Assembly (NCBI GenBank): GCA_016748015.1
Contig: JAAOMT010000697.1
Location: 1,011,152-1,075,151 of the forward strand
Source: Geosiphon pyriformis uo1
Lineage: Eukaryota > Fungi > Glomeromycota
DNA length: 64,000 bases
Direction: 5' to 3'
The notes below the pieces were generated by a model, which saw nothing but the letters and a program-made list of their open reading frames with translations, had not been told where the DNA came from and searched no databases. Each line of letters begins with the position of its first letter. Positions within the stretch are counted from its first letter, which is position 1. Positions 1 through 13,400 of the stretch are shown here, one piece after another. A program made the translations under genes and the position numbers.

Positions 1-3000
1 ATAGCTCAGTTAGTTTCAGTGAAAAATAGAGAAAAATTAAGGATAACTATGAGAGGGATACAGGGATTTGGATTCATGGGTAGAATAGACATACCAGTCA
101 ATATGGCAAAAGAAAAAATTATTGGCCAAGGAGAAATTATCTCAACCAGTCAAACAATTTTCATTCCACTATATAGCTGATACATATTAGCAATAGAAAG
201 GAAAGAGAAGGAGCAAGAACAGATTTTTAAAACAGAAGCAACCCTTTGTGAATCAGGAGAAATTGGACTTATCAATCTACACATACCAGCCAAAAGCCAT
301 AACCATATCAAAATTCCCATTTACAACAACACCAGAAATATTGTAGAGATACTGGAAGGAACCACTCTTGGATATTTAACCACAGAAATTGAAGATCAAG
401 CACCAAGCAGCATTCCAGATTTTCTACAGCTTTGTAGATATGTGAACATTACATCACAAACTATCTATGGACAAAACAAATGTTATCTGTTACAGCCAGA
501 ACAATTAGAACAAATGAACATAAGAAATCTAGACCCACTTGAACAGATGCAATTAAAGATATTACTCAATAATTTCAATAACATCTTTGTTAGTGAAAAC
601 AAATTTGGCAGAACTGATATTATCTAGCATTAGATCAAGACTGAAGAGGCAATGCCAATTAAACAGCAAGCATATAGGATACCACCAGCCAGCCATAAAA
701 TCATTCGTCAAGAAATCAACTGAATGCTTGACAATGAGTTAATTCAGTCATCAATGAGCCCATAGTTGTCACTTATAGTACTCATTCATAAGAAAAATGA
801 AAAAATTTGATTTTGTGTAGACTACAAGAAACTCAATGGTGTAACTTGTGAAGACAGCTATCTAACTCCATAGATACAAAAACTATTCAATGCTTTCAGT
901 GGAAACAAATAGTTCTCAATGTTAGACTTGGATAGTAGTTACTGACAAGTAGCCATAGATCCAGCTGACAAAGAGAAAACAGCATTCACCACAAGAAAAG
1001 GGAATTTCGAATTTGAAATAATGCCATTCAGCTTAACCAATGCCCCAGCAATCTTCCAATGGCTAATAGAAATTATGTACACTGGCTTATTGTGGAAATC
1101 AGTAGTTGTGTACTTGGACAACACCAATGTATTTTCAAGAACATTTGATGATCATTTCCATCATCTTCAACAAATATTTGAAAGACTGTGACAAACAGGG
1201 TTAAAACTAAATGCTACCAAATGCTTCTTTGACAAAACAGAACTGAAGTTTCTGGGACATATAGTCAGCAAAAATGGTATCAAGACAGACCCAGACAAGA
1301 TAGAAATAGTAAAGAACTTTCCAGTACCAACCAATGTGACTGAACTAAAATTATTCTTGGGATTTGCAAGCTATTATTGTTACTTCATCAAAAACTTTTC
1401 TAAAATAGCTCAGCCACTCAACTATCTACAAACCAAGAATATGAAATATGAATGAATGAAAATGCAACAAAAAGCTTTTGACATTTTAAGAGGAAAGCTT
1501 ATTCAAGTGCCAGTATTGATCTATCCAGATCACAACAAACCATTCATCATTATTACTGATGCATCAGGTCAAGCATTGGGAGCAGTACTATCTCAGAGAA
1601 GACCAAATAGAAGAGAACATCTAATAGCATTTGCCAGCCGAGGTTTGATTTCAGCCAAAAAGAACTATGAAACACCAGAATTAGAATATCTAGCAATCTA
1701 TTGGTTAGTTATAAAATAGAAAAAATACTTGAGCCAAAATTTTGAAGTATATATGAATTACAAAGGATTGACATCACTCCAAAAACAAGAATTTGGAGAT
1801 AAAAGACAATCAAGATGGAAAATGGCACTTGCATCATATAATTATACTATACATTATAAAAAGAGAAAAAACAACGGAAATGCTAACGGTTTGTCATGAA
1901 TGAGACAAATCTAAACATTTCAACCCAAAAATATAACAAAACCAAAACAATATTCACGAAAATATAACAAAAGATGAACACACAAAAATATCAACAACTT
2001 CAACATTATATAGATACTTAACAGTTCAAGGAGAAATTATCTCAACTAAAACAAAAGAGGATCAAACAACAATCTAAATATTTTATCACTTACCAAAATA
2101 TACTTTATCAGAAAAATAGAAAAGATTCAGATCAACCAACCAGAGTAATTACAGAACCAGAAAAAGAAACAATACTATTCAACATGCACTCAGATCCAGC
2201 TGCAAAACATTTTCATAAAGAAGCAACCATAGAAAAAACTAGAAAGAGATACTATTGGCCATCAATGTATCCAGATATTATCCAATATGTTCAAAATTGT
2301 GATGGTTGTTAGAGAAGAAAAGAAACAAAACTCAGTGAACCATTAAGACCAATCAAAGTAGGACAACCATTTGACTGCATTGGAATTGATTTAGTTAGAC
2401 CATTGACAATTACCAGCAAAGGCAACAGATATATTGCAATAGCCATAGACTATCTTACTAAATGGCCAGAAGCCAAAGCAATTCAAAGAGCGGATGCAGA
2501 ATCCATTGCCAAATTTGTCCATCAAGATCTGATTTGTCAACATGGATGTCCAAAAAAACTATTATCAGACCAAGGAACCCATTTTGTGAATAGAACATTA
2601 GCAGAACTAAGCCAAAGATTCGGAATTAAGAGACCACTATTATCACTATACCATCTACAAACCAATGGATTAGTTGAAAGATTTAATAGAACATTGTGTA
2701 AAACAATAGTAAAACTCAGCCAAGAAAACCAGGACAAATGGAATTTGTTCATACCATCAGTATTATTTGCTTATTAGACAATGAAGCAAGACACCACACA
2801 AGCAACACCATTTGAATTGATATATGGTAGAACAGCAACATTACCAGTTGAGATAAAAGTTAACATATATCCAACTGAACCAATAACAGGAGAGAATTTT
2901 TAAGAGACATTGTTAAGAAAAACATATGACTTAATGGAAACAATGGAAAACAAACGAAGAAGAGCAGCTGATAACATACAAAAGTCACAAGAAAAACAGA

Positions 3001-3311
3001 AAAAAAGACATGATAATCAACTACCAAACAAACCAGTTGAATTCAAAGTTGGAGACAAAGTACTGCTACATTGTACCAAAGCAGAAAAACAATGGAGTGG
3101 AAAATTTGACCCCAAATGGGATGGACCATTTCACATAGAAGAAATTCTAGAAAATGAAGCTTACAAATTAAGACTGGATAACAAAATCTTAACCAAAGCA
3201 GCACATAAAGATCAACTGAAATCATACCACAACATCACATCACCATTCACCAGTAATATTCCACAATTAGGAGTACAGAAAATACTAGTCCAACCAGAGG
3301 AGATTCCATAA
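1..3311 (+). pseudogene. pol remnants (dUTPase end, RT, RNase H, integrase) of Gypsy A
   Basis: ORF fragments 442-627, 1456-1719, 2403-2777 and 2910-3311 are collinear with copy C. Many premature stops arise at Trp/Gln/Arg codons. Confidence 0.93.
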
Positions 3312-3379
3312 GATCTGGAACCAATCATCATCATTGACAACAACATGTTAATTAATCCATCAAAAGAATATATAAAAAC

Positions 3380-4027
3380 ATGGTAGACATGATAAGAAAT
3401 ATCAAAAAAATGAAAATTACAGACAACATCCACTCACTAGCACAACAATTCTTTTAATTGATTCAACACCAAGAGATGGAAATTACAATTAATCAACAAA
3501 CCATCCAATATCAAGACACTAGAAAAACATTGTCACATAAAACACAGAAGAAAACAGAAAATACTGTTAACAAAATCATGGCAAAAGTAAAATTAGCAAT
3601 AAAAAAGTCACTATATTAAGAGTTGACTAAAAAAACTTGGAATTGGTAGATACAACAATTTCCAAGAAACTATTGTTATTTTTACTTGAAACAACATATG
3701 AATATTCAGAATCTATATATGAATAAAACAAAGCAATTATTTGACACCAGAATACTACAACAATTAGAACATTTTGTGGGAAAGAACAATTTATTCACAC
3801 AAGCCCGAGCCATATACCAAATACACACAGCATTTCAAGATCAACCAGAAATCTTACTCAACAAAGCAATGGATACAGTTATCAGTAATTAATTAAGAAA
3901 AATTACCAATGTTCAATTTAAAAAATTACAGACTCAAATAACACAAGTAATTCTCGAAAATGAAATTCAGGAAATACTTTAAGAAGAGAAATTGACAGAG
4001 TTAGATTTCAATGGAGCTCAATATTAA
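3380..4027 (+). pseudogene. Extra ORF3 (about 215 aa, unknown function) between integrase and PPT, copy A
   Basis: In-frame homolog of 42380-43030. Ends ...LDFNGAQY-TAA directly at the PPT. Confidence 0.8.
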
Positions 4028-4040
4028 AAGAAGGGAATAA

Positions 4041-4901
4041 TATTACTTATAGAAATATAGAGAATATATATTAGCATAGTTATTAGCCAATCAGAAGTAG
4101 ATGTAATAAAATGTGGAATTCCAGGATTCTTCTTAAGAATTGTAGAATTCCAGGAATTACAGAATTTTCATGAGGAATTGCAGGATTCCAGAATTCCAGG
4201 ATTCCTCTCAAAAGAATTGCAGGATTTCAGGAATTTCAGGATTCCTGTTGTAAAGAATTGAGGAATTGAGGAATCTCAATTATGTATATATAGCAGTAGT
4301 ATTAGAAGCTAAAAAAGGCAGACATCCAAGTTTAGATTTCATCTAGACAACCTTCCAAACACAATAAATAACTATTTGGTATCTTAAACCTAATTCCACT
4401 ATTAACTCTCCATGTTAATAGTAATTGATACTTAACTACACTGGAACAATAACTCTTGATTATGGCTATTGACGGACTACTGACTTGCAAAATTGCCTTG
4501 GCTTATTTATGATTTTCTTTTATTTCTTTTCTTTATTTTATTTTGATTTTATTGTTGTGTACTAATTGGTTGAATAAAGTGCTAGATTACTGATGTCAAG
4601 GATTGCTTGATAAAAGACCCCTGCGAGAGGGTAGGACATGTACAGAAGATACGGAATACTTACCAGAGGATTGCTGGCCATTACGCTAAGAGAAAAATTA
4701 ACAGAATTGTGATTCTGGGAAGCTATAAATAAAACAACTATTGAATCTCTGTCCATTATACAAAGAACTCAAACCAAAACCTTCAGATACAAAACCTTTA
4801 GATACAAAACCTTCAGATTAATAACATCAATGCGAATAACTTTTAGCACCAAGTTACAGGTTTGTTATTTGATTCAACACCCCAAATAATTATTTATAAC
4901 A
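4041..4901 (+). repeat. 3' LTR of Gypsy A
   Basis: Follows PPT AAAAGAAGGGAA. Has GAATTCCAG-type tandem repeats and a TATATATA box, is homologous to the copy C LTRs and ends in AACA. Confidence 0.9.
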
Positions 4902-7900
4902 CCGATAATCTACACAGAATCTGATTTTTCTGGTTTTTTTTTTAACAAAAACTACTGGTGAAGCCCAAAAACTTTTTGATGGTTGAATCAATCCATTATT
5001 GAGCATTTTCTGGACTTCTTCTCTGATGAATTGGTGGCTGGCAGATGACACTCTGTAAGCTTGCTGATATTTTGGTGGAGCATCTTCTGTATGAATCTGA
5101 TATTAGACAATATCAGTTTTTCCCAGGTCATTGTTGTTTTTTGCAAATATATTTGCAAATTCAGCTATCAATTGTTTCAATTGTTTTTGTTGTTGAGGTT
5201 CTAAGGGACCCATGTTGATTTAAAAAAATTTTTCTTCCAAAAGATGGTAGTTTTCAGTAGTAGGAATAATATTTGGATTTGAGAGTAAAGTGTGTCTTAC
5301 AATTTTGATGAAATTAGAGACAATTTAAGGGTTTTCATCTTAAAAGATATTACTGTGTATGATTCCAATCTCTAATTTGTTTAATAAGACAATAGGATAA
5401 TTATTGGAATTGTAGAATATAACTCAAAATTTTTTCATTCCTTTGGAAATATAAACGTTTGGAATTGAGATTTCATGCTTCAAACAGATTTGTTCATTGA
5501 ATTCAAAAATTTGTTGAGTAATAGTGGGTTTTGAGCCAGTGTAAATTTTGTGATGTTCTCCAAAAAGTGAAATAGTAATTGGTTGGGGAAGTTGAAGAAT
5601 CTGGTGAGATTCATTCTGTGTATTGAAAGCTATGTTTACTGGTACTATAAATCGTTCAGTTGAACCAAAACCTTGAGTTCTTCTTTCACTTTTTTCTAAT
5701 TGTTTTTTGTTGTTTATTGATTGTAAACCTAAAATGTTGATTAAAGGTAGGTAAATTGCTTGGGCAATCTTTTCAGTATGTTCAATCTTGAATGGTTTGT
5801 TTGTTTCATTCTGTAACATGATGGTAATATCTCCAGTATATCTTGCATCTATAACTCCTTCTCTAATATTGATTTCTTTGCTTGCCAATAATGATCTGAA
5901 TGCAATTTAAATCATTGCTTCTGGTGGTATTTCAAAAGCAATTCTGAGGTTGATTTTGGTTAAGAATTTTGGTTAAAGAACCAAAGTATCTTTGCCAGGA
6001 TATCTTAAGTTATATTTTACATCAATTTCGTGAGCTTTTTCTGGTTTTATCCCTCTTTAATTGTTGTCAAAGTATTTGAGTTGTATAGCAGACTGGTTTT
6101 TAATAAAATAAATTGGTGTGATTGCAGTTTCTTCTTTTGTTTCTGGTTTTCCAAATTCAATTTCTTCCTGGTCATTTTTACTGGACAGAGGAATGCTAAG
6201 AGCATAGTATTCTGGACACCATTTGTCATCACAAGACATGATGCATTCTTTACACAATTAAATGTTCATTTGCTCTAATCATTGAATTTGAGCTTCTTGG
6301 GTTGGGTATGTGTGGCTTGCAATTTGGTGGTATGTCTCTACTTTATCTTTATAGTTGAATCCAGCTAATTCCATTGTATACTTAATATATTCAGCTTTTT
6401 TCATTTGGCGGACATTTTCTTGTATAGCTCTATTGATTAATGCCATTGCTAAGTCAAAAATCATTTCAGCATCATAAGGATAGTGGTAGAGTTTATTGAG
6501 AGCACTGTTGCATGCTGCATCAAATAGTGTTCCTCTTCTGACTTTTTCTGAAATTGACAGAGCATATTGGCAGGTTTGATCACATACTCCTCCTCTTATT
6601 GCAACATCAATCTAGTTGCATTCTTTTGATAGCATATCTCCACATATGAGGCAAGGTGTGTTGTCCCATTTTCCACTTCTTTTTGGGGATTCAAATTGTT
6701 CTCTATGGCATGTTTTGCAGAAGTAGTAGGTGCAAGTTTCATATTCCTCTTCTGAGGAAATACATGCTCCTATTGATGAAAGTTTTTTGTTGCAATTTTT
6801 GCATTTGAGTGGAATATAAGATGGTTGTTTCTGTGGTTCTGGTGTAAAATATTTAACTTTCTTCCATCTTCTTGATTCTTCAAAAATTTTCTTTCTGTTT
6901 TTTCAGTCCAATTGGATGTTAATCCAATAGCCATGTAGGTTTCAGTAAGTGGCATTTCTTTCTTCTCTTCAAATTCAAATACTGGGGCTTTTTCTGATCA
7001 TTTGTTAAAAGTATTACAAGTAGCAAGTACTATAGTATATTGTCCTTGGTATGAGATTTTTAGTTCCTAAGTTTTCCAGTCTAAGTTTGCATTGGTCTTA
7101 AGAAGCCAATCATTTCTGACCAGAGCTTGATATTGGGATGCATCCATGACTAGAACTTTGACTGAAATGGTGATTCCATTAATGGTAAATAGGAAATTGT
7201 CAATTTTTTCTACTGGTGTCTTTTTCATACCATTTGCTGTAACAATTACAGTTTGGGCTGGTCTGTCAACAGTTTTTTGAAACTGCTGCATTAACTAGTA
7301 GGTGATAATACTTTCAGTTGATCCACTGTCTAGAATTAATCAGATGAATTTTCCTTCTACTGTAGCTTCAGTGTACATGGCAGTAATAGCTTTTTGTTTA
7401 TTAGCTGCTGTATTACTAAGCAAGAATGGTAATTTATTGGCTTCAAATTCGAATGGAAAAATATCTGAAAGGTTGGCATTTTGGACAATTTGGGCTGGTG
7501 GAATGGTGTTGTTGGAAGGGTTTGATCTTGGTGCTGCAATTTTACCTTCAGAAAGTGCAGGTTGTTAAAAATCCGATTTTTCAGGCATTGTAAGATAACT
7601 GGGTTGAGTGTGATAGTAATTGGGTTTTTGCTGACCAGAATTTCGAAGAACCAACTAGTTATTTGGATTGATTCTGTTGTTGTTATTCTGAAATTGATTT
7701 TGAGGTGTGAATTGGTTATGTTGAACCAATCTTCTGGCTGGTACTTGATATTGTTGAGTGAGTAGTATCTGATATTGCTGAATTGGTAAAGATTGCTGAT
7801 ATTGTTGCTGCATTGATTGTGGAGCTGGTTGATAGTAACTGTTTTAATTTTGTGGTTTTGGTGGATAATAAGTTGGTAGTAGAAGTTGGTAGTAAGATTG

Positions 7901-9450
7901 TTGTAGTAAAGAATAATGTTAATTACTCCTGTTTTGTTGGTCTCTTTGTAATTTCCTACAATCTTGTTTCCAGTGTTCTGAGATCCCACAATAATGACAA
8001 CTTTAAGGTTGGTTGTTGGATGGTGATCCAAAGTTGTTTTGGTTGTGTTATTGTGGTAGTTGATATCTTTGGAGTTGCTGCTACTGTTGTTGGTTTGTAA
8101 AGTAGTTTTCAACCTTTTTTGTGAGTTGGTCTATCTTCTTTTTAGCTGTTGAGCTGGTTTCTCTAATAGCTAAGTTTACAAGTTTGGTATGATTTGCTTT
8201 TTTCATTGCTATTTCATAGTTCTTTGTATGTCTAATGACAGTTGATAAGTCTGCTGGTGCATGTGGACAGACTTTCTTAATCAATTTGTCTTTTAATCCT
8301 GCTATAAACTAATCCAGAATCTGAACATTAGAATAGTAGTCATTGGTTTCCAATTGTCAAATTTGTCAAAGAAGTTTGTTGAATCTTCTAAGATAAATCA
8401 TAACAGTTTCAGATATTTCTTGTTTAATATTGCAAAAGCAATTGTAAAGAGTAATAGAGGTGTTGTTGTTAGTGAATTGTTGTAAAAAAGCATCTTTGAA
8501 TGCTTGCCAGTTTTCAAAAGGGTCTTCCAAGTTTTCAAACTATTCTTCTGCAGTTCTTTGAAGAAAGTATGGGATTGCTTTGAGCATTCTTGCTGCATTC
8601 CAACCATTTGTGTCTCCTGCTTTCTAAACTTTGTCAAACCATTCTTGAGGACTGGTATCATTATCTTCACCAATAAATTCTGGAATTTTTGCAATGTAAG
8701 TAGTTGTCATTTCTTTTTCATTCTTTATAATTTCTTCTGATTCTGATTCAGTTTCTTCACTTTCTAAGTTCTTTGAATGATTACTTTTATTTTTTTGTAA
8801 GTACTCAATGATATTAGTGCTGGTTAATATTGGTTCTTGCTGTTGAATAGGATTTCTAGGTGACTGAAAATCTTCTGGTTTGAAGAAATGGTTAAGTGGT
8901 AAATTTGGTGTTTGTGATTGAGCAAGTGAAATTAGAAATGGTGTAATAGAAAGTGGTAATTTGGTACTGGTTTCTTGTTCTGGTGTTTGCAAGTGTTTGG
9001 CAGTTGTCTTTGGGAGTATTGGAGTGTTTGGAGTGGTTCTTGAGTATTGTTTCACTTTTTGTTTGCCTTTGTTGCTTGTTTCTGTTCTAATTCAAAGTCA
9101 AGAGAGTATTTGGGCTGGACTGGGTATTTTTCTTCACAATACTCAATAATATTAAAATTAAGTTCTTGAAAGTAGGTAGCAAGTGTTTTACTGTTCAAGT
9201 TTTCTGTTCCCAATTGTGAATAGTACACTAAATTATTATAGAAGTTGCTTCTAACTTCTGAAATGTTATAGTTTCCAAAAAGATAATTGTTGATGCAGTT
9301 TTCAATATATTAGTATACTGATTTCTTGACAACTTCAATTCCATCTGAGATGTTGAATCTTTGTTTGCAGTGAGTGTAAATTGACTGATAATATTCTAGA
9401 GTTGTTGTGTCTGGTGTGGTCGCCACTTTGAATTTGTTGTTGTTGTGTTA
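4902..9450 (-). pseudogene. gag-PR-Cys-rich-dUTPase-RT(N-term) remnants of Gypsy B
   Basis: ORF fragments 8624-9055, 8081-8284, 7067-7291, 6279-6464, 6057-6257 and 5424-5888. Confidence 0.88.
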
Positions 9451-9453
9451 CTT

Positions 9454-9469
9454 CTATAAGAGAGCACCA
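9454..9469 (-). promoter_or_regulatory. Primer-binding site of Gypsy B
   Basis: TGGTGCTCTCTTATAG begins 2 nt after the LTR end. It is complementary to a tRNA 3' end (...GAGAGCACCA); tRNA not identified. Confidence 0.75.
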
Positions 9470-9471
9470 AA

Positions 9472-10443
9472 TGTTATTAGAGGTTTTTGGTCTCTTATCT
9501 TGAATGTTGTTAATGTTGATTTGCTGTGAATTCACGTTTCTAGGAAGTAGTTGGACCTCCAGTAACTGAATTTATCTTCAAATTATCTTCTATAATTTGA
9601 ACTGCTGGGCTTATAAGTGGAATGGCCAATTCCTTACCAGTTACTTTATGTAGTTATGTTGTAGTAAATGTCAACTCTTTCCCAGAAATTGCTCGTCTAG
9701 AGACTTACTAAAAATGTGTAGTTACTTCACTGTGAAAGTCAACTCTTCTACAAAAATCTTGTCTGTAGGCTACTCTAATAATTGTAATAAGAAAATAAAA
9801 AAAAATCAAAGAAATATAAAAGAAATAGAATTCTGTCAAGGGAAACGTTTTCTATACAGGCCTGAAATCACTAACAGATTATTGAAATTGGTAGCTAATC
9901 AATTTCAAAATGTTAGTTGTGTTGAGGAAATTTCAAGTGTAATAATTTTAAGAATTTGGTTTTTGAATATTTAATTTTTATTTGAATGTGTAAAAGGTAA
10001 TTTGTTCTAATTAAGATATCTAAAATAAAGTACTTATGATAAGATATTATGAGAAGATACATTTTCTTGAAGAAAGAAGCTCTTCTTTTATACAAATTGT
10101 TGTAGTACTAATCTTTAAACTTGTACTTTTCTCTTTGCTACAATTTGGATGAACTAAAGATATATTTTGGCAAACTACAAGTTATTTCACTAAATTATTT
10201 AATTATTTCAGCCAATTTCCATTAATTCAGCAAATTTTGACTATGTTAAATGGTTCAGAGTATTGTGTAATTTGATCATCTTAATTTCCAAAGTACAAAT
10301 TAGATTATTGATTGAATAATGATATTTGATAATTTGATTAAATAATAAGTGATAATTGAAATAATAATAATATATGCTAATTGATAATAAGAATTATGAG
10401 AGTAATTTCATGCTAATTAATAGCTAAAATTCTACTGGTAATA
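9472..10443 (-). repeat. 5' LTR of Gypsy B
   Basis: Reverse complement matches solo LTR 21364-22336. Termini TATTACCAG...TAATAACA are a mutated form of TGTTACCAG...CTGGTAACA. Confidence 0.9.
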
Positions 10444-13400
10444 ACGTCATTGACTTTATGCAATATAATAGTAGAAGTAAGGTTCTTACTCACAAAAATA
10501 AAATCCAACACCTTTTCAACACCTCTAGAATTACTCCAAGTAGAGGCTTTGGCTAAGGAATGTTCATTAAAAATATTGACCAGACCCAAGTCTGAACAGA
10601 ACTTGAAGCTGGCACTTCTTTTAGATCCATTTTCATTGAAGTCACCACCAACAACCATAAATGAGCTAGAATTGGCTGCTCTAGAAATCAAGGAGTTAAT
10701 AGAAGAAGCTTGGCCAAAACGTGTATCAGCAGAAGCACCAGCATACAGATCTAAGATTGTAACTGAAAGTTTGTCTTTAAACAAAAGATGAACAAAGATC
10801 AGCTGACCAGGAATTTTGTCCACTTTTGAAACATGCTGAGCTAAAAAACTGTTTATAATAATGGCAACCCCAGCACTGAGAAAACCCACACCCAAACCAG
10901 AAGTAAAAATCCAAATTCCATCAAACTTATTTATGATCTAAAGTCTAACATTAGATTTTAATTTGGTTTCCATAATAATTGAAACCATATTCCCTGATTT
11001 CTTATGCCAGCAAACAATGTTTTCTTGCTTCGTAGGAACATTAATATCTCTAACATTGCATGTAGCAAATTTCCAAACTAAATCACTCAGTGAGAAGTAG
11101 GAGGAATTAATAAACCCAAACCAGAACACAAACAATCCAACCTCTCTAATATCGACTCAACCGATACTTCTAGAGCCACCATCTTGGATTCCAAACCTTC
11201 TACCTTGGTGGTCAAAATCTTAGAATTACTTAAGCTAATGTTAGCAACTATATTAGTAACAACCATAAGAAGAGGAATAGAATGAATCAAAACATCATCC
11301 AAAGTCATATCTGAATCCATGCCCATCACCAAAGATGTAAACGCAATAGGAAGAAGGACAAGAGATAAAGATGCCAAAGGCACCAACTCAATATAGCTCA
11401 ACTTTCTCAAAATATCAAAAACTTGGTCTGCCAAAAGCTTTAAAGAGTGCTCCAGAGAAGACAAACAGTCATGTAAAACAGAGTCACTAGGGAAAGCAGA
11501 TATTACCAAAGAAATTCTAGCACCAGAAAACAAACCACTACCAAAAGGCACTGAAAAAACCACACAAGGTGAAGAACCATCAGAAAAGGAATTAAACAAC
11601 ATGATCTGTGCCCATGACTTGCTATCAAAGGTGGCAGAATCGAAAATAGGGACAGTTTTCTTTGCATACAACTTGGCTAGCCAAAAACAATGTTCTTCTA
11701 AGGCAACCTTTCTAACAACTTTTGAAGACTTAGGAGTAAAAGCAAGTAGTGCACCACATTCCAAAGCAGAATGACCAAAAAACCCACATCTCTTACAACA
11801 AACCAAATCTAGTCTAGTCCAAGAAAGTTTAACACTACTAAATATTAGCTCAGTGCGATATGCAGATTCCATTGCATTCTTAGACTTAAAGCCAATCACA
11901 GCACAATGAATCTTATTGTCAAAATCCAATAAATGATTTATGATACAAGTTTTTCCACCAGCTTTTTCCAAAAAAGTGCCCAAATTATGAGCAGTCATTC
12001 TCATAGGCAAAGTAAACAACAAAGCTCTGAACCAGTCTCTTAATGCTCATGTTTTGTGATCTCTTATAGCCATAGCCACTCACACAAAATCTTTCTCAAT
12101 CAAAAAGGACTATTTAGCAGCTAATTGTTCAGCCTGACTTAGTTCAGCAAATTCTACCACAGCTTTTTGCCACAATCCAATAAGTTAAATTTTGATCAAC
12201 TTAATTTCACCAAACTCAGCTAGTGCAGTGACGATCATTTTCTTTAATGTGTTCATGAAAATTTTTTTAATGACCACAGCCCAATCTGAATGGATTCCTT
12301 GTCTTTTGAGATTGCTGTTTATGTCAATTCCTTTTTCTCTGGCCAATAACATAGCCATATTCATGTTTTTTTCAGAAATGAAGGTAGATTGGATGATTTC
12401 TTCAAATTTTGAGAGGGTAGTGACTCCCCCAAAACTATTAACTGATGAAAAAATTTTTCTAATTAACTGAGTCTTTGCCATTGCTGATTTCTCTTTCACA
12501 GCACTAAGATTGATATCAAGAGCAAAAGATTTTTTGGCAAACACTTCAATCTGAGTCTTAATAATTTTTAGGTCAATACATTTTTTTTCCAGGGAAATTG
12601 GAAGACAAAAAGGGAGAGAGACATTTTCATCATTATCCATAACAAAATTAGGAAATCCAAGAGGAAAACCAAAATTGGCACCAGTATTAACATGCTTAGC
12701 TTTAGAAGTGTTGACAGCTAAATCCAGAAGAGACCCAACATTAATGCCAGTCATGTTAGCATTTTTATCATCATCAGACAAACTATCCATATCAAAAAAC
12801 ATATTGTCACCAAGCTCAAACTTGTTAAGAAAAATATCTTTTTCATTACTTAAGTGTTTAATATTCTCAAGTACAACTTTCTTCTTTTGCAAAAAAGAGC
12901 CATCTGCAAGACCATGAAAAGCACTGTTACAGGTAAACTTGGTGGATATGAGAAATGATAACGTTTGGTGCTCTTAATTATTGATGATGTGTCTTCCATG
13001 TAATTTTGTTGACTTAGTTTTGATTATCAGTCTCTGAAAATCTATTCCTGGATGTGAATTTTACCTGTTGAGTTTTTTGGTTATAAAGCACAGAGTTTGT
13101 TTTTCATCGATTGCAACATTTTTCGTAAATGTGAGCTTTTTTCTCTAAACTAACAAATGCAGTCATTAGGGTCTGGCATTATCTTTTTGCCCTTCTGGTA
13201 AGCTAACAAGATAATATTAATATCCAAAACTTAGGGGGAGCTTCCCTTTTTTACCAGGCTATCACGAAGTCTATTTCCAGACAGTTGATTTTACTATGTT
13301 GCTGCTCCACAAAAAATAAGACAGAAAAAGAAAGAAAAAGAAAAAGAAAAGAAAAGAAAGAAAAGATAAATTAGTATCGTCAATTGCTGTGATCAAGAGC

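Larger units (their letters stand above)
1..4901 (+). mobile_element. Ty3/Gypsy LTR retrotransposon, copy A (3' portion; degenerate; same family as copy C)
   Basis: Fragments in order: dUTPase C-terminus (QGFGS), RT (FCVDY, MPFSLTNAPA, YLDN), RNase H (TDASGQALGAVLSQ), integrase (IDYLTKWPEA, SDQGTHF, GLVERFN, GPF), ORF3, PPT and 3' LTR ending ATAACA at 4901. Confidence 0.95.
4902..10443 (-). mobile_element. Ty3/Gypsy LTR retrotransposon, copy B (5' portion; second family; RT interrupted by copy A)
   Basis: Minus strand reads 5' LTR, PBS, gag (IAKIPEFIGEDNDTSPQEWFDKV), CCHC knuckle, protease (ILDSGS), Cys-rich domain, dUTPase (5424-5888 ORF: GVIDARYTG...QGFGST) and RT start (KIRFCVDYR), cut at 4902. 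Confidence 0.92.

Noticed and set aside
4115-4275. GAATTCCAG-like short repeats (also 13770-13955 and 24031-24090) as a CRISPR-like array
   Set aside because: They are tandem 9-12-bp units without unique spacers, located in LTR U3 regions.
7302-8112. Long alternative-frame and antisense ORFs over TEs (e.g. 7357-8112, 36488-36913, 36355-36858)
   Set aside because: They are shadows of the Q/N/P-rich Gag region and of strand compositional skew.
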